Shown: piece after piece, positions 42,084 to 55,460 of the stretch | Layout of the letters: the number at the start of each line of letters is the position of its first letter | How positions within the stretch are numbered: position 1 is the stretch's first letter | DNA from: Eledone cirrhosa | Taxonomy: Eukaryota | Direction of reading: 5' to 3' | Assembly (NCBI GenBank): GCA_964016885.1 | Contig: OZ024741.1 | Coordinates: 144,336,001 to 144,400,000 of the forward strand | Length of the DNA: 64,000 nucleotides | Translations under genes and position numbers: made by a program | Notes under the pieces: generated by a model | What the model saw: the letters and a program-made list of their open reading frames with translations, nothing else | What the model was told of the DNA's origin: nothing | Database searches by the model: none

Positions 42084-43346
42084 CAGGGGTTGGACAAAAT
42101 AATGGAAACACCTTAAAATTTCAAACAAATTTATTTTAATATGGGGTAGGACCGCCTTTGGCAGTATTTACAGCTTGAAGTCTACGAGGTATGGACTCGT
42201 ACAAAGTTTGAATTGTTTCCAAAGGAATTTTTGTCCATTCTTCAGCTAAAACAGTCTCCAGTTCTTGTAGTGATGATGGTGGAGGATATCGTCTCCTTAC
42301 TTGTTTTTCTAAAATGCACCATAAATGTTCAATAATATTGAGATCTGGGGACTGTGGTGGCCAGATAAGATGTTCAACTTCACTAGAATGTTGCTTGTGC
42401 TATTCAGTAACAACTTTAGCTGTGTGAATTGGTGCATTATCACCCTGAAAGATTGCGTTTCCATCCGGAAACAGTTCCGCAACGATAGGATGAATTTGAT
42501 CAGATAAAATGCTTAAATAGTCTTGACTATTAATTCTGCCATGAAGGGAAACCATTGGGCCGACGGATTTCCAAGATATAGCCCTCCAGATCCTCCTCCA
42601 TGTTTAACAGTTGGAAGAAGGCAGTCTGGGTCAAATACTTCTTTTGGCTGTCTCCACGCGTATACTCGGGCGGTGGTCGGAAATAAGGTAAAGGATGACT
42701 CGTCCGAGAAAATAACATTCTTCCACTGATCTAGGGACCATTCTGTAGCTTTTTACTCCACTCTAAACGCTTTGCAACGTTTGTTTTTGAAAGTAGTGGT
42801 TTTCTGATTGCAGCCCTCCCGTGAAATCCGGCTTTGTGCAGCTCCCGGCGAACAGATTTTGTGGAAACTGGGTTCTCGAGGTGGTCATTAAGCTCTGCAG
42901 TAATTTTGGGAGCTGTACTCTTGTGACCCTTTCTAACAATTCTCGTAAGAGTCCGGCGATCCCTATCTGAAAGTTTTGGTTTTCTTCCGGAGTTTTGTTT
43001 CGACGAAGAGGTTTTTCCCTCTTTCTCAAAGGCTGTCATTACTTTCGAGACAGTACTTCTTGATACACCAAACATTTCGGCTGTTTTCGTTACGCTAGCG
43101 CCTGCCATACGAGCACCAACAATTTGACCTCTTTGAAAGTCCGATAGATCTGTCATTTTAATGAATTTTAATTACGTTTTCCTGATGATATCTAAAGAGA
43201 AACACCAATTTTAACAAAACATATTAATAATAACTAATAATAAATTAAAAAAACATAAAAATAAACAAGCTTTTGACGGTTTTATAGATATTTCAAAATT
43301 ATGATGCTATGATGCTAGGTGTTTCTATTATTTTGTCCAACCCCTG
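42084..43346 (-). mobile_element. Tc1/mariner element, 1263 bp, DD36E type, transposase disrupted
   Basis: ~30-bp TIRs (CAGGGGTTGGACAAAATAAT.GAAACACCT), TA TSD, HTH ORF 42731-43156, then VIFSDESSF, FQGDNAPIH and WPPQSPDLNIIEHLW; contains a frameshift and a stop. Confidence 0.93.
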
Positions 43347-43574
43347 TAGTTCAACGAATTTTCCATCCTTATATTACACGTATACGGAAATCATGAAACC
43401 CAATTTCCGGTGATTTCCAAGGGGGTTAGTGGAAATTCAAAAGAAGAATATCCAGATATGTTTTTATTGTTTTGTTCCTGAAATTACTTCAGTTGTCGTG
43501 AAATACGTGACAGAACATAGGAGTATTTGGATATAATCTTCACATCTAGTATCTTAAAGTGGACACAGTTTGAT

Positions 43575-43960
43575 CGAATGGCTGAACAATTCGCTTTCTG
43601 AATTATAAGATCCAGGGTTCAATCCCAACCCTTGTGAATGAGATTAGATAGACGGATATTCAAAGCCCATCGGATGTACTCTACTTGAAATTCGAAGGAC
43701 TAGCTCTGTCACGAATTGTTCTAATTACGTTATGGATGCACGTGTCTATGGGATACTTACCTACTTACACTACAATACAAGATGAACTGTATCTGTATTT
43801 CAAAGAGCGACCCTTGTCACACATTCTTTCACGCTGAATCCCCCCGAGAATTGCGTTAAGGAGTGTTTATGTTTGCGGAATGATCTGACACGTGCACATT
43901 AGTTTCACGAGTAGACTGTTCTGATGATCGAACAACTGGAATATCCATCGTCATATCCAC
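43575..43960 (+). mobile_element. SINE family 2-related, decayed, with a partly duplicated body
   Basis: GGGTTCAATCCC B-box-like motif; CTTGTCAC...CGCTGAATCCCCCGAGAA body. Confidence 0.55.
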
Positions 43961-44236
43961 TGGAGGTCTATTGTTTGTAGAATAACAACTTTAACAAAAT
44001 AAACAAATCCCAAAACAAACAAAGATAAAAGAATAGAAAAAACTTCAGAAAAAATGTCTGCCACATGAATTGAAGAACACTTTTCTCCCTCTTTTCAAAA
44101 AACTAGAAGAATAATAATAATAAGAAGAAGAATATATATATGACAATTAGTTCACAGAAGTATTAGTCATGTAATATATTTTCATGGTTGTTAATTAAAA
44201 TCACTATATTTGTCATTTTATTTAAGCGTAACATCA

Positions 44237-44585
44237 GGGCAGTATCGGTAGAGGGTCGGACGCCATGCTTTGACGCATAGAGTTACGGCCCTTGCCATTC
44301 TGAGTTCAAATCCCGCCGAGGTTAACTTTGCCTTTCATCCTCACGGGGTCGATAAAATAAATTACCAGTAATGCACTGGTGCATTGCTGGCGTTGTGCCT
44401 AAAGTAGAAACAATTATTTCATTACTGCTGAGAGTGGTGGATTGAGAATACCGTTTGGACGTTTGACAAAATGTGTTGTGGTATTTAGATACTGCTCTCT
44501 GCAGTATAAGTTCAAAGGATGCCGATGTCAATTTACTTTTCCTCCTTTCGACGTCAATAAAATAAAGTACCGATCAAGAGCTGGG
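44237..44585 (+). mobile_element. Two adjacent SINE family 1 copies
   Basis: 44237-44420 is near identical to the 14180 copy; 44430-44585 is a diverged copy with the same core. Confidence 0.75.
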
Positions 44586-44779
44586 AAGAAGCTCTGATTC
44601 ACACTGCTGCATATGTTAAATGCCTCAAAAGAACAGTCTTCAAATTGAACAATACATTTCATATTTGTATGAAACGATTGGACTATCCTAAGATGTCTTG
44701 GAGGACAACCAATCTTGACAAGGATTTTGAACAGACCATCTCCAATAACTAGGCTGCGGTCGATGAAGGTAATGCAGTG

Positions 44780-45100
44780 TGGTTACCTTTGCTCTCGGCA
44801 CTTCTGTAGCTGTTGAACGGAGAAGATCATGTCGATGGTGGAGCGTTCTGACCTAAAACCACACTGCGATTCAGGATATGCTCTCTCAGTGATTTTCTGT
44901 AGTTTGTTCAGGACCATGCAGGCAATGACCTGCCCAAAGATGCTTATCAGTGAAATGCTTCGGTAGCTGTTGCAATCTCTTCTGATAGAGTGTAACAATG
45001 TTGCAGTCTCTCATGTCTTGCCAGACTATTCCCTCCTCCCAGGACCGACAGCGTAGTTGCAACAAGTGGCTAAGTAGAACTCCCTTTGCACACCTGATGC
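44780..45100 (-). mobile_element. RTE-clade LINE RT fragment
   Basis: DCNSYRSISLIS...YPESQCGFRSERSTIDMIFSVQQLQ.KCREQ. Confidence 0.85.
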
Positions 45101-45251
45101 AACCAAGTCCAACTGCTGATCATTTTATACGAATGAAACAGTTCTAGTCAATTTTTACATAACAAAAAAATGCGTATACTCTTACTAATATATTAAGTAC
45201 CATTTTTAACTGTGTTTCCCCTCCTACTGCGACGCAACTCGGAAATCTACA

Positions 45252-45297
<46 letters not shown>

Positions 45298-45302
<5 letters not shown>

Positions 45303-45974
45303 GGATTTAAATGGATACAGTTCAGTTAAAAGGAATTTATTGACACATGTTTCAATAACAGTTACATAACCTGAAAACAGCTGCTATCTACAAAGTATTA
45401 GTTATGCAGACATTCAATATTTTAATGTTATTATCAACTGTCATTTCATCAGAATAATTTTATTGAGAACCTGTTTGGCTTTGGTTTTGGTTTTTATAGA
45501 GAATATTAGGAGGGATGGGTGAAGTAGTTAGAAGAATAGTTAAGGGAGCGGTTTTTTTGATAGCAATGAGAATTTTTGGTGGCAGTGAGTAATTAGATTT
45601 GACATTTTTATAGAATATATTATTTGGCGTTGGTTATTTTTCTAAATCTATAGAAGGATTAGAGATAGTATAGATATGCATGGTTGGTTTTGTGTTTGCA
45701 CTTAATTAACATTCAGACTTAAATTTTTCTTTCAAGTGTACGTATCCTTTCGCCCACGCTTTTACACACAAACATATATGCACACCTCTACAAAATACAT
45801 ATACTCACATACACATACTTACATGCTCATACTTACATATATATATACGTGCACATACATATATATACATATATATACATATATATATGTACATACATAC
45901 GCATTCATGTGTATACATTTTCATACTCAACTTATCTTTATATACACACGTATAGACACACACATACTTCTGTC

Positions 45975-46043
<69 letters not shown>

Positions 46044-47245
46044 ACTTTAATACATGAATACACATACATCTAACTATACACATCAAACATATATATATAT
46101 TTACTTATTTATATACATTTTCACATATATATACATACTTATGGTCGCTTTTAGACACATTCATTATAGCATATTCGCACCTATTCTCATCAGCATATCT
46201 ATCCATTATTAGTGTGGTAATTTAAGGTTATTAATATACATATATATGTTGAGAAGAGATTGTTTTTATATTTTTCTAACTAGATTGAGGTTTATATAGT
46301 TGGGGGGATGTCCCTCTTTTATGTAATATTCAGCTTGTAGTGGGGAAAAAGGGTTTTAGTTCGGTGACGGCAGAATAATGTTCGTTCAATTCTGTTATTA
46401 AGCAATTTCTTCTTGTGTGTGATTATGTAATAAATCTCAAACTTTTGATCGCTATCCCTGAGCGTCCAAGCTTTTTCTGCTAAAGTTGTTACATTTCTTT
46501 GGCTCTGGTGTTTTATTGAGTAAGAATGCCTATATAATCGAGATTTAAACGATGTTGCCGTTGATCCCACGTAATACCATTCGTTGCCTCCGGATTTAAT
46601 GGTACACTTATAAATGATATTTTTTCCAGGCAGTTATCGCCGAGGGAGCAGTTGTCAGGATAGGTGCAGTTACAGTTGTGTACGTTGGGTTTACTCAATA
46701 AAACACCAGAGCCAAAGAAATGAAACAACTTTAGCAGAAAAAGCTTGGATGCTCAGGGATAGCGATCAAAAGTTTACCCTAAAATGGGAGAAATTAGCTA
46801 AAACCCAAAGCTTTTCCAGGAGCCAAAATTTCTGCAAATTGTGTAATCTTGAGATTTATTACATAATCACACACAAGAAGAAATTGCTTAATAACAGAAT
46901 TGAACGAACATTATTCTGCCGTCACCGAACTAAAACCCTTTTTCCCCACTACAAGCTGAATATTACATAAAAGAGGGACATCCCCCCAACTATATAAACC
47001 TCAATCTAGTTAGAAAAATATAAAAACAATCTCTTCTCAACATATATATGTATATTAATAACCTTAAATTACCACACTAATAATGGATAGATATGCTGAT
47101 GAGAATAGGTGCGAATATGCTATAATGAATGTGTCTAAAAGCGACCATATGTATGTATATATATGTGAAAATGTATATAAATAAGTAAATATATATATAT
47201 GTTTGATGTGTATAGTTAGATGTATGTGTATACATGTATTAAAGT

Positions 47246-47284
<39 letters not shown>

Positions 47285-48070
47285 GACAGAAGTATGTGTG
47301 TGTCTATACGTGTGTATATAAAGATAAGTTGAGTATGAAAATGTATACACATGAATGCGTATGTATGTACATATATATATGTATATATATGTATATATAT
47401 GTGTGCATGTATATATGTATGTAAGTATGAGCATGTAAGTATGTGTATGTGAGTATATGTATTTTGTAGAGGTGTGCATATATGTTTGTGTGTAAAAGCG
47501 TGGGCGAAAGGATACGTACACTTGAAAGAAAAATTTAAGTCTGAATGTTAATTAAGTGCAAACACAAAACCAACCATGCATATCTATACTATCTCTAATC
47601 CTTCTATAGATTTAGAAAAATAACCAACGCCAAATAATATATTCTATAAAAATGTCAAAACAACAGATGGGAATCTAATTACTCACTGCCACCAAAAATT
47701 CTCACTGCTATCAAAAAAACCACTCCCTTAACTATTCTTCTAACAACTTCACCCCTCCCTCCTAATATTCTCTATAAAAACCAAACAGGTTCTCAATAAA
47801 ATTATTCTAATAAAATGACAGTTGATAATAACATTGAAATATTGAATGTCTGCATAACTAATACTTTGTAGATAGCAGCTGTTTTCAGGTTATGTAACTG
47901 TTATTGAAACACGTGTCAATAAATTCCTTTTAACTGAACTGTATCCATTTAAATCCTTCTATTTTCTCCGGATTACTTTTGAAACTACAACTGGAACCGT
48001 CGAGCAAACTCTACGTGAGCTGTCCATCTACTGTGTGTAATATTCATATTACAACACTACGGAAAATACT
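45298..48070. mobile_element. Penelope-like element: head-to-head inverted pair of 3' ends (GIY-YIG C-terminus plus pseudo-LTR), ~1.2-kb arms
   Basis: CNC..PDNC.LGDNCL, YYVGSTATSFKSR...H and CKLCNLE...LLN.R.E...CRH on both strands; arms meet near 46691; (TA)n flanks. Confidence 0.9.
45337..45457 (-). ncRNA. Type I hammerhead motif with a 72-nt stem II loop, intact core; the partner at 47802-47922 has CTAATAA
   Basis: Minus strand: TTATT-CTGATGA-AATGACAGTT...(72 nt)...AACTGTTATT-GAAA-CATGTG-TC-AATAA. Confidence 0.8.
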
Positions 48071-48093
48071 GTATATATATATATATGTATATA

Positions 48094-48320
48094 TTTTTTT
48101 TTAAACGATTGACTTTCGTCAAATCGGACCGAGGAAACAATGTTTCCATTGGTCTTTCCAGTTGCTAATACTATCTATCGGTCGCAACTCCAGGTAGAAG
48201 GAGCAACGTGAAATAAAGTGCCTTGCTCAAGGACATAACGCATCGCCCAGTCCAGGAATCGAACTCACAACCTCAAGATTGTGAATCCAATTCTCTAACC
48301 ACTCAGCCACACGCCTTCAC
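48094..48320 (-). mobile_element. tRNA-derived SINE with a structured tail and short poly(A)
   Basis: Same head as 20976-21147; extends to TTGAC GAAA GTCAA TCGTTT(A)n on the minus strand. Confidence 0.8.
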
Positions 48321-49065
48321 GTACATACATACATACATTCACAATACATACATACACATATACAGAAAGCCATACACTATTTATAAAGATAGCAACATAG
48401 CATACTCATATTACCTTATACGTCAATCATTTTCTGAGACACTTTGTATGTATATATTATTAGAATATTACAACAAAATACCGCAACTATTTCACATACA
48501 CACATGTACCTTTACCAAAATCTTAATAAATCAATGGTATACAGAGAGAATTATTACAAATTGATATCTTTTAATATTTAAGATTCTTAGGTCATGCAGA
48601 AGTCATTAATCGCAATAAAATTTGCAGCGTTTAATTATTATTAATATTTTCTTCAAGTACGACTTGAGGAGGAAAGTAAGGGTGAAGAGGGAGGTTCGAA
48701 ATCTAGATTATTGCACGAAAGGTGGATGAGGGTAGCTGTATCGACGAAATTGAATGGACCTAATCCGACTATGTTTTTCTAAGAAAGACAAAAAAGAAAC
48801 TGGGAAAGGGTACTTTCAATGCTTTTAGTGACTTAATGTTTTTTTTTTGCTTCGAATTTTTCTAGATGGGGTTCCTGGCTATTGGGGAATTTTTCATTGT
48901 GATATTTATTGTTTTGTAGATTTTAATCATTTTTTAATTCGATGCAAACCCACATTGTGTTGAAATTCCTTATATTTTTCTCAGCGTCTTTGGTCCTTGA
49001 TACCAATAAAAAAAAACCTCCTCACCATCGCCATTATTACGAATATTATTATTATTATTATTGTT

Positions 49066-49556
49066 CTTTGAGTCTGAGTCATTGATGTTAGTTAACTGGA
49101 AAGTTTGTTGAAATGAATATCAAGCCACTACCTGCATGCAGCCTCAGATATTCAGGACGTATCGGAGGGTTCTTGTTGTTCCCAGCAAGCATGCCTTTTG
49201 AAGCGTTCCAAAAAGCGGGGCGGGGCCAATTTTCTTTAACCATCCCTGGAAACTTTTTGAGATAGTACCTAGTGCGCCTATAACAATCGGGACCACTTTG
49301 ACTTCATGGCAGTTCCAAATCCTTTTTACCTCCCACTGGTATCGGTTAATTTTCTCCCTCTCCTTCTCTTGCACTCTCGTGTCGAATGGGCAGGCCACAT
49401 CCACAATCAAGCACGATCTTTTTTCCTTGTCCAAAACCACCAGGTCAGGTCTATTGTGTTCTAGTTTCTTGTCCGTTTGTATCCTAAAATCCCACAACAC
49501 CTTCACCTGATCGTTTTCTATCACCGACTCTGGCTTATGCTCATACCACTTCTCAG
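49066..49556 (-). mobile_element. R4/Dong-like LINE (family C) 3' fragment in (ATT)n
   Basis: LWDF.IQTD...NRPDLVV...DVACP...K RLE motif; highly similar to 54921-55417. Confidence 0.9.
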
Positions 49557-49575
49557 TTTTATTATTATTATTATG

Positions 49576-49756
49576 TGGATTGGCAGTATTGGTAGAGGGT
49601 CGGGCGCAATGCTTTGAAGCATAGAGTTACCTCCCTTTATGATCTGAGTTCAAATCCCGCCGAGGTTAACTTTGCCTTTCATCCTTACGGGGTCGATAAA
49701 ATAAAGTACCAGTAATGCACTGGGATAATTTAGGCCTGGTGTCAAAAGTAGAAACA

Positions 49757-49757
<1 letters not shown>
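49576..49757 (+). mobile_element. SINE family 1 followed by (ATT)n
   Basis: Family core sequence; (ATT)n at 49757-49807. Confidence 0.85.
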
Positions 49758-49807
<50 letters not shown>

Positions 49808-52472
49808 GGCGACCTACGTAGTAAATCGTATCATCGTGAGCTCCGCAAAGGTTTGTTATTTTCAGTTGTTTAAAATTGCCATTCATGGAAATTTTTTATT
49901 GTTAACTGTATATAAGTGGACATACATTGTTATCTGAAAAGGACACCCAAAAAGATTGGGGCCTTGAGCCCAAAATTTAAACTTTTATAATTATCAAACA
50001 AAAATTTTTCTTTGAAAAATCATGGCAGACTCAGAGTCACTCCTTTCTCACAAACTAACACCTCACACCGACACCACCATTGTAAATATTACTACGTTTC
50101 CCAACACTAAAAATATAAGCAGTAGCAATATTTTAAATTTGTCTCGGGCAGACATTCATTTCCCGCCATTACCAATGACTGCAGGTGTTAAAGCCCCCCC
50201 CCCCCCCCCCCCCCACCACCACCACCACCGCGACAACAGAAACAAAAGAAAAAAATAAATTAACTCGTGATATCGAAATGAATTCAACCAAAATGAACTC
50301 TTCAACACCGAACACCACTGACGCCACCGCCACCACAACTGAAACTAAAATTAATAATTGCAAAAATAACAATAACAACAACAGCAACAATGACATTAAG
50401 AAAACCACCCTGAGTTTTGCCAGAGTAGCAAAACAGTGCGAAGCATTTCAGGTAACTCAGGAGGAATTAGAAGAAGCCAAACACATGGTAAAGAAAGATG
50501 GGTACAGGGTCAGCCACCCTCACCACCACCCCACCTAATAAAATGGAGCATCGGCGCCTTTGCACCGTGTCTTATCGAACAATTAATATAAAAGTTAGGA
50601 CAGATATGCCACCATCCACACCAGCATCACCAACCCCATCACCCCAAGCACCAACACCATCACCATCATTAACCCCAACACCACCATTACCTACACCACA
50701 AAAGTCACCAAAAAGCGAAACAGAAACAAACCCACAACAAACGCAAACAAAACAACCAAAACGATACACACTACACAGCATTAAATTTGAACAACAACCA
50801 ATTATTACACTACATCCAACACAACACCAGCATCACAGAAAAAGACTACACAACAACCCAAAAGTTCACACAACCTCCACACATACAAATCACACGCATC
50901 ACACAGAAAACGTACATGACACTAAAACAAAAATTCCCCAAAGACATCAGAGACTTCCGACAATCACTCTCCAGGAGGATTTATGAGGACATCCTTCCGG
51001 AGGATGTCGCAACCATCCTTCCTCTACGAGAAGTAAGGTAAGTGGTCTTTCCCATCTATTCCACTCCATTTCAACATGACCTCACTCAGAATAGGCAGCA
51101 TAAATGCGCGTGGCTTGGGGTCGTCATGGAAGCAGGGCCACCTGCTCAACGACCTCAGGTCACTAAACATAGATGTAGTGGCCATCAGCGAGACCAGAAT
51201 CTCCGAAGCACGGGCCTTCGCACCGATCTTCGGCGGCTACGATGTGTACGCATCTCACAGCCGTCCGGGGTCGGTGGGGGGGGGGGGGGGCTGTGCTTTT
51301 TCGGAGAGGTTTGGATCTCGCCATACGGGCCATCTTCCTGGACCCAGAAGATAAGTTGGTTGGTGCTGCACGTGACCAGCGGAAACGGGCAAGCTTTCAG
51401 GCTTTCAGGCTAGTGGCCGTCTATGCCCCGACAGGAGCAGGGCGGCGTGATTTCTTCCGGCGTCTGGAGACCTTTCTTGGAACATCCCGTATTTAGTGTT
51501 AGTGGGCGACTGGAACGGGATCTTAGATGCACGCTTGGACTGTGTGGGATTAGCGGATAGAGGAGGTGGTTGCAAGAGTCTCACCAACCTGCTCAGGCGT
51601 TTTGAACTGTCTGACAGGTACCGATTGGATTTCCCGAATGTGTCAATGTGGACTTGGACAAATCGCTTAGGGTCACCCAGATCATATCTAGATAGAGTAT
51701 TTTGTAGGGAAATAGAGAGGTCTAGCATAGGCTGTCCACAATTCAAGATAGTCAGCTACACGGACCACAAATTCGTGATCTGTGTGCTTGACTTAGATAG
51801 GCTTCATAGACGAGGACCCGGCTACTGGAAGCTAAATGCGTCCATACCAGCGCGCAAGGCTTACAGAGACCGGATTAGCGAACTAGTTAAGCGGGCGTTG
51901 ACGGGGGCCATCGTCAACAACAAGTGGTGGTTTGCTCTGAAAAGAGCAATTGGAATAGAGTCCATTAGGTTTAGTAAGGCTTTAGCAATAGAGAAAAATA
52001 GAGCAGAGGGAGAATTAGTTAGAAAATTAGACGAGGCGCTTAGCAAAGGCATCGCGACCGACGTACTTGCGGCGAAATTGGCCCTTGACCAATTCTTCAA
52101 TGCAAAGCACGAAGGCTGCGTTGTCAGAGCTAGGGTGCGTGCTCTCAGACACGAGGGGACGAAAGCCGTTAAATGGGCCCGAGTGGCGGAGGCGCGTCGT
52201 GGCAACAAAGACACGCTCCGGTCTTTGGTGGACCACAACGGGCGTATGCTACTCGATCCCGGGCAAATGTGTGAAGCTTTTCAGCGACACTTCGCCCAGC
52301 TGTTCGGGGGCAGCGGCGGGCCGAATCGAGGGATGGACTTTAGTGTCTACCTCGACGGACTGCCGCGGCTCTCGGCCACTGAGGTGGAGTGTTGTGAAAA
52401 GCCGATAACAGCCGCTGAAGTACGGGAGGCAATGACTGGCTGCACAAGTGGTAAATCGCCTGGTTTGGATGG
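49808..52472 (+). mobile_element. Tx1 family B copy 1: internally deleted ORF1 and frameshifted ORF2 ending at SPGLDG (3'-truncated)
   Basis: INARGL, GDWN, YLDRV, TDH; collinear with family A ORF2. ORF1 joins YRTINIK directly to VRTDMPP and lacks the zinc knuckle. Confidence 0.9.
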
Positions 52473-52476
52473 ACAT

Positions 52477-53500
52477 AAATTGCCATTTATGGAAAATTTT
52501 TGTTGGTAACTGTTTATAAAGTCACAAAATTTGCTTTCGGAAAAGGACACTCAAAAAGATTGGGGCCTTGAAGCCCAACATTTAAACTTTATTAATTATC
52601 AAACAAAAAATTTCTTTGAAAAAATCATGGACGACTCACAGCTACACCAAGCAGCTGAGAACCTTCCTCAAAAACTAACACCTCACACCAACACCACCAT
52701 TGTAAATATTACTACGTTTGCCAACACTCAAAATATAAGCAGTAGCAATAATTTAAATTTGTCTCATGCAGACATTCATTTCCCGCCATTACCAATGACT
52801 GCAGGTGTTGAAGCCGCCGCCCTCACCACCACCACAGCGACAACAGAAACAAAAGAAAAAAATAAATTATCTCGTGACATCGAAATGGATTCACCCAGAA
52901 TGGAATCTTCCACACCGAACACCACTGACACCACCACCACCACCACAACTGAAACTAAAAATAACAATAACAAAAATAACAATAACAACAACAGCAACAA
53001 CAATAATGAGAATAACAACACCGTGTCATTTGCCAAAGCAGCCAAAAAATGCGTAACATTCCAGGTAACTCGGGAGGAATTAGATGAAGCCAAGAGAATG
53101 CCAAAGAAAGATGAGTACAAGGTCAGCCCCCTCCCCACCACCACCACCAAATAAAATGCAGCATCGGCGCCTATGCACCGTGTCTTATCGGACGATTAAC
53201 ATAAAATCGCGCCGAGTGGAACGGGCATCCGAGTCCCAAATCCAAAAAGCTTTGGGACATGTGTGGGCAAAAAAAAACACATCAGACGTGGGCAGAAATA
53301 TGGAACCGTGGACGTGTTCTTTGGAACACCACAGGAGGCCAGAGAGCACTCCATGGCCCATTAAGAAGCGACGAATTCACACTCGCCCCAAGCTATTGTG
53401 GCCAGAGACTCGTAAAGATCAGGGTGACCCACGTTCCACCTGCCATCGAAATTCCCTGTCTAATGGATGCCGTCCTCGCCGGCATCGAGGCCAACACCAA
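52477..53500 (+). mobile_element. Tx1 family B copy 2: 5'UTR and ORF1 N-terminal part only
   Basis: AAATTGCCATT.ATGGAAA matches 49874 onward; KLTPHT.TTIVNITTF is shared; ends at (AAT)n. Confidence 0.85.
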
Positions 53501-53520
53501 AATAATAATAATAATAATAA

Positions 53521-55416
53521 AAAGACCAGTTACTTATTGATAAGATGGTAATGAGGAATTGCAAGAGGAAACACACTGGTCTTGCCATGGGATGGATAGA
53601 TTACAAAAAGGCATTCGACATGGTACCTCATTCTTGGATAACCAAAAGCCTAGAGATCTTCAAGGTGGCAGATAACATCAGACAGTTGTTGAGAAACAGT
53701 ATGAAGTCCTGGAAAACAGAGTTAACATCGGGTGGAGAATCCCTGGGAGGCGTGAAAATCAAGAGAGTTATCTTTCAGGCTGATAGTTTGTCCCCTCTGC
53801 TGTTTGTCCTTGCCCTGATACCCCTGACCAATATTGCGAAAAGTGAGAGCAGGATACAAGCTGGGAAAAGGAGAGCTTACCATCAACCACATCCTCTTCA
53901 TGGACGATCTTAAACTCTTTGGGAATAGTGAGAAGGAGTTGGATGTGCTTGTTGACACTGTGCGTATTTTCAGCGATGATATATGTATGGAATTTGGTAT
54001 TAGTAAGTGTGGAGTCCTAGTGATAAGGAGGCGTAAATTGAGCAGAAGCAACGGAATCCAGGTACCAACAGGTGAGATGATAAAGGAAATTGACACTGAA
54101 GAAGGATACAAATATTTAGGTGTTCTGGAGGCAGATGACATCAAGAACAAAAAAATGAAGGAATCGATAAGATCTGAGTACATTAGGAGAGTAAGGAGCG
54201 TATTAAAATCACATCTAAATAGTAGGAATGTCGTAAGTGCAGGGAATTCCCGAGCTGTGTCTATTATTAGGTACAGTGCGGTAATTCTGAAATGGAATGT
54301 TGTTGAACAAAAAGAAATGGATAGGAAGACTAGGAAGCTATTGACTATCTACAACATGTTCCACAAGAGGAGTGATGTTGATAAACTCTACTTAAAGAGA
54401 TCTGAAGGTGGAAGAGGTATTATCAGCATAGAGGACTGTGTTCAGATGGAGAAAATGAACCTGCACAAATACGTGACTGACAGTAGGGAGCCAATGCTCA
54501 GAATACTGAAGGAGAGGACAATAGACCAGGGGATGTCCAAGGAGGAAATAACAACAAGGAGGAAGAGCAACCTTCATGAAAAATCCCTTCATAGTACCTT
54601 CTTTAAGAAAACTGAATTTAGAGATCCACCGACATGGAACTGGTTGAAAATAGGAGACCTTAAAAAAACTACAGAAGGAATGCTAATGGCTGCGCAAGAG
54701 CAGGCACTCAAAGCGAAGTGGGTGAAACACAATATTTACAAGGGGTAGGCTAGCCCACTGTGTAGGATCTGTGGAGAGAGAGAGAGAGAGAGGAGACTGT
54801 GGCTTACATTGTATCCGAGTGCAAACACCTAGCCCAGACTCACTATAAAGGCTGGAGACATGATGTGATAGGCAGGGTGATCCACTGGCATCTATGCAAA
54901 GTAAACAATTTACTACATTCTGAGAAGTGGTATGAGCATAAGCCAGAGTTGGTGATAGAAAACGATCAGGTGAAGGTGCTATGGGATTTTAGGATACAGA
55001 CGGATAAGAAACTGGAACACAATAGGCCTGACCTAGTGGTTTTGGACAATGAAAAAAGATCGTGCCTGATTGTAGATGTAGCCTGTCCATTTGACACGAG
55101 AGTGCAAGAAAAGGAGGGGGAGAAAATTAACCGATACCAGGACAACTAAAGTGGGAGGTAAAACGGATTTGGAACTGCCATGAAGTCAAAGTGGTCCTGA
55201 TTGTCATAGGCGCACTAGGTACTATATCAAAGAGTTTCCAAGGATGGTTAAAGAAAATTAGTCCAGCCCCGCTTTTTGGAACACTTCAAAAGGCATGCTT
55301 GCTGGGAACAGCAAGAACCCTCCGATACGTCCTGAATATCTGAGGCTGCAGGTAGCGGCTTGATATTCATTTCAACAAACTTTCCAGTTAAATAACATCA
55401 ATGACTGAGACTCAAA

Positions 55417-55417
<1 letters not shown>
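53521..55417 (+). mobile_element. R4/Dong-like LINE (family C), 5'-truncated, between (TAA)n tracts
   Basis: WIDYKKAFD, FQADSLSP, FMDD, CRIC...C..RHD and NRPD; several frameshifts. Confidence 0.92.

Positions 55418-55460
<43 letters not shown>

Noticed and set aside
43180-43210. CTGATGA...GAAAC inside the Tc1 element; similar isolated CTGANGA hits at ~3903, 8786, 20842, 37459, 43921 and 47096
   Set aside because: No convincing stem I, II and III pairing or cleavage triplet; expected by chance.
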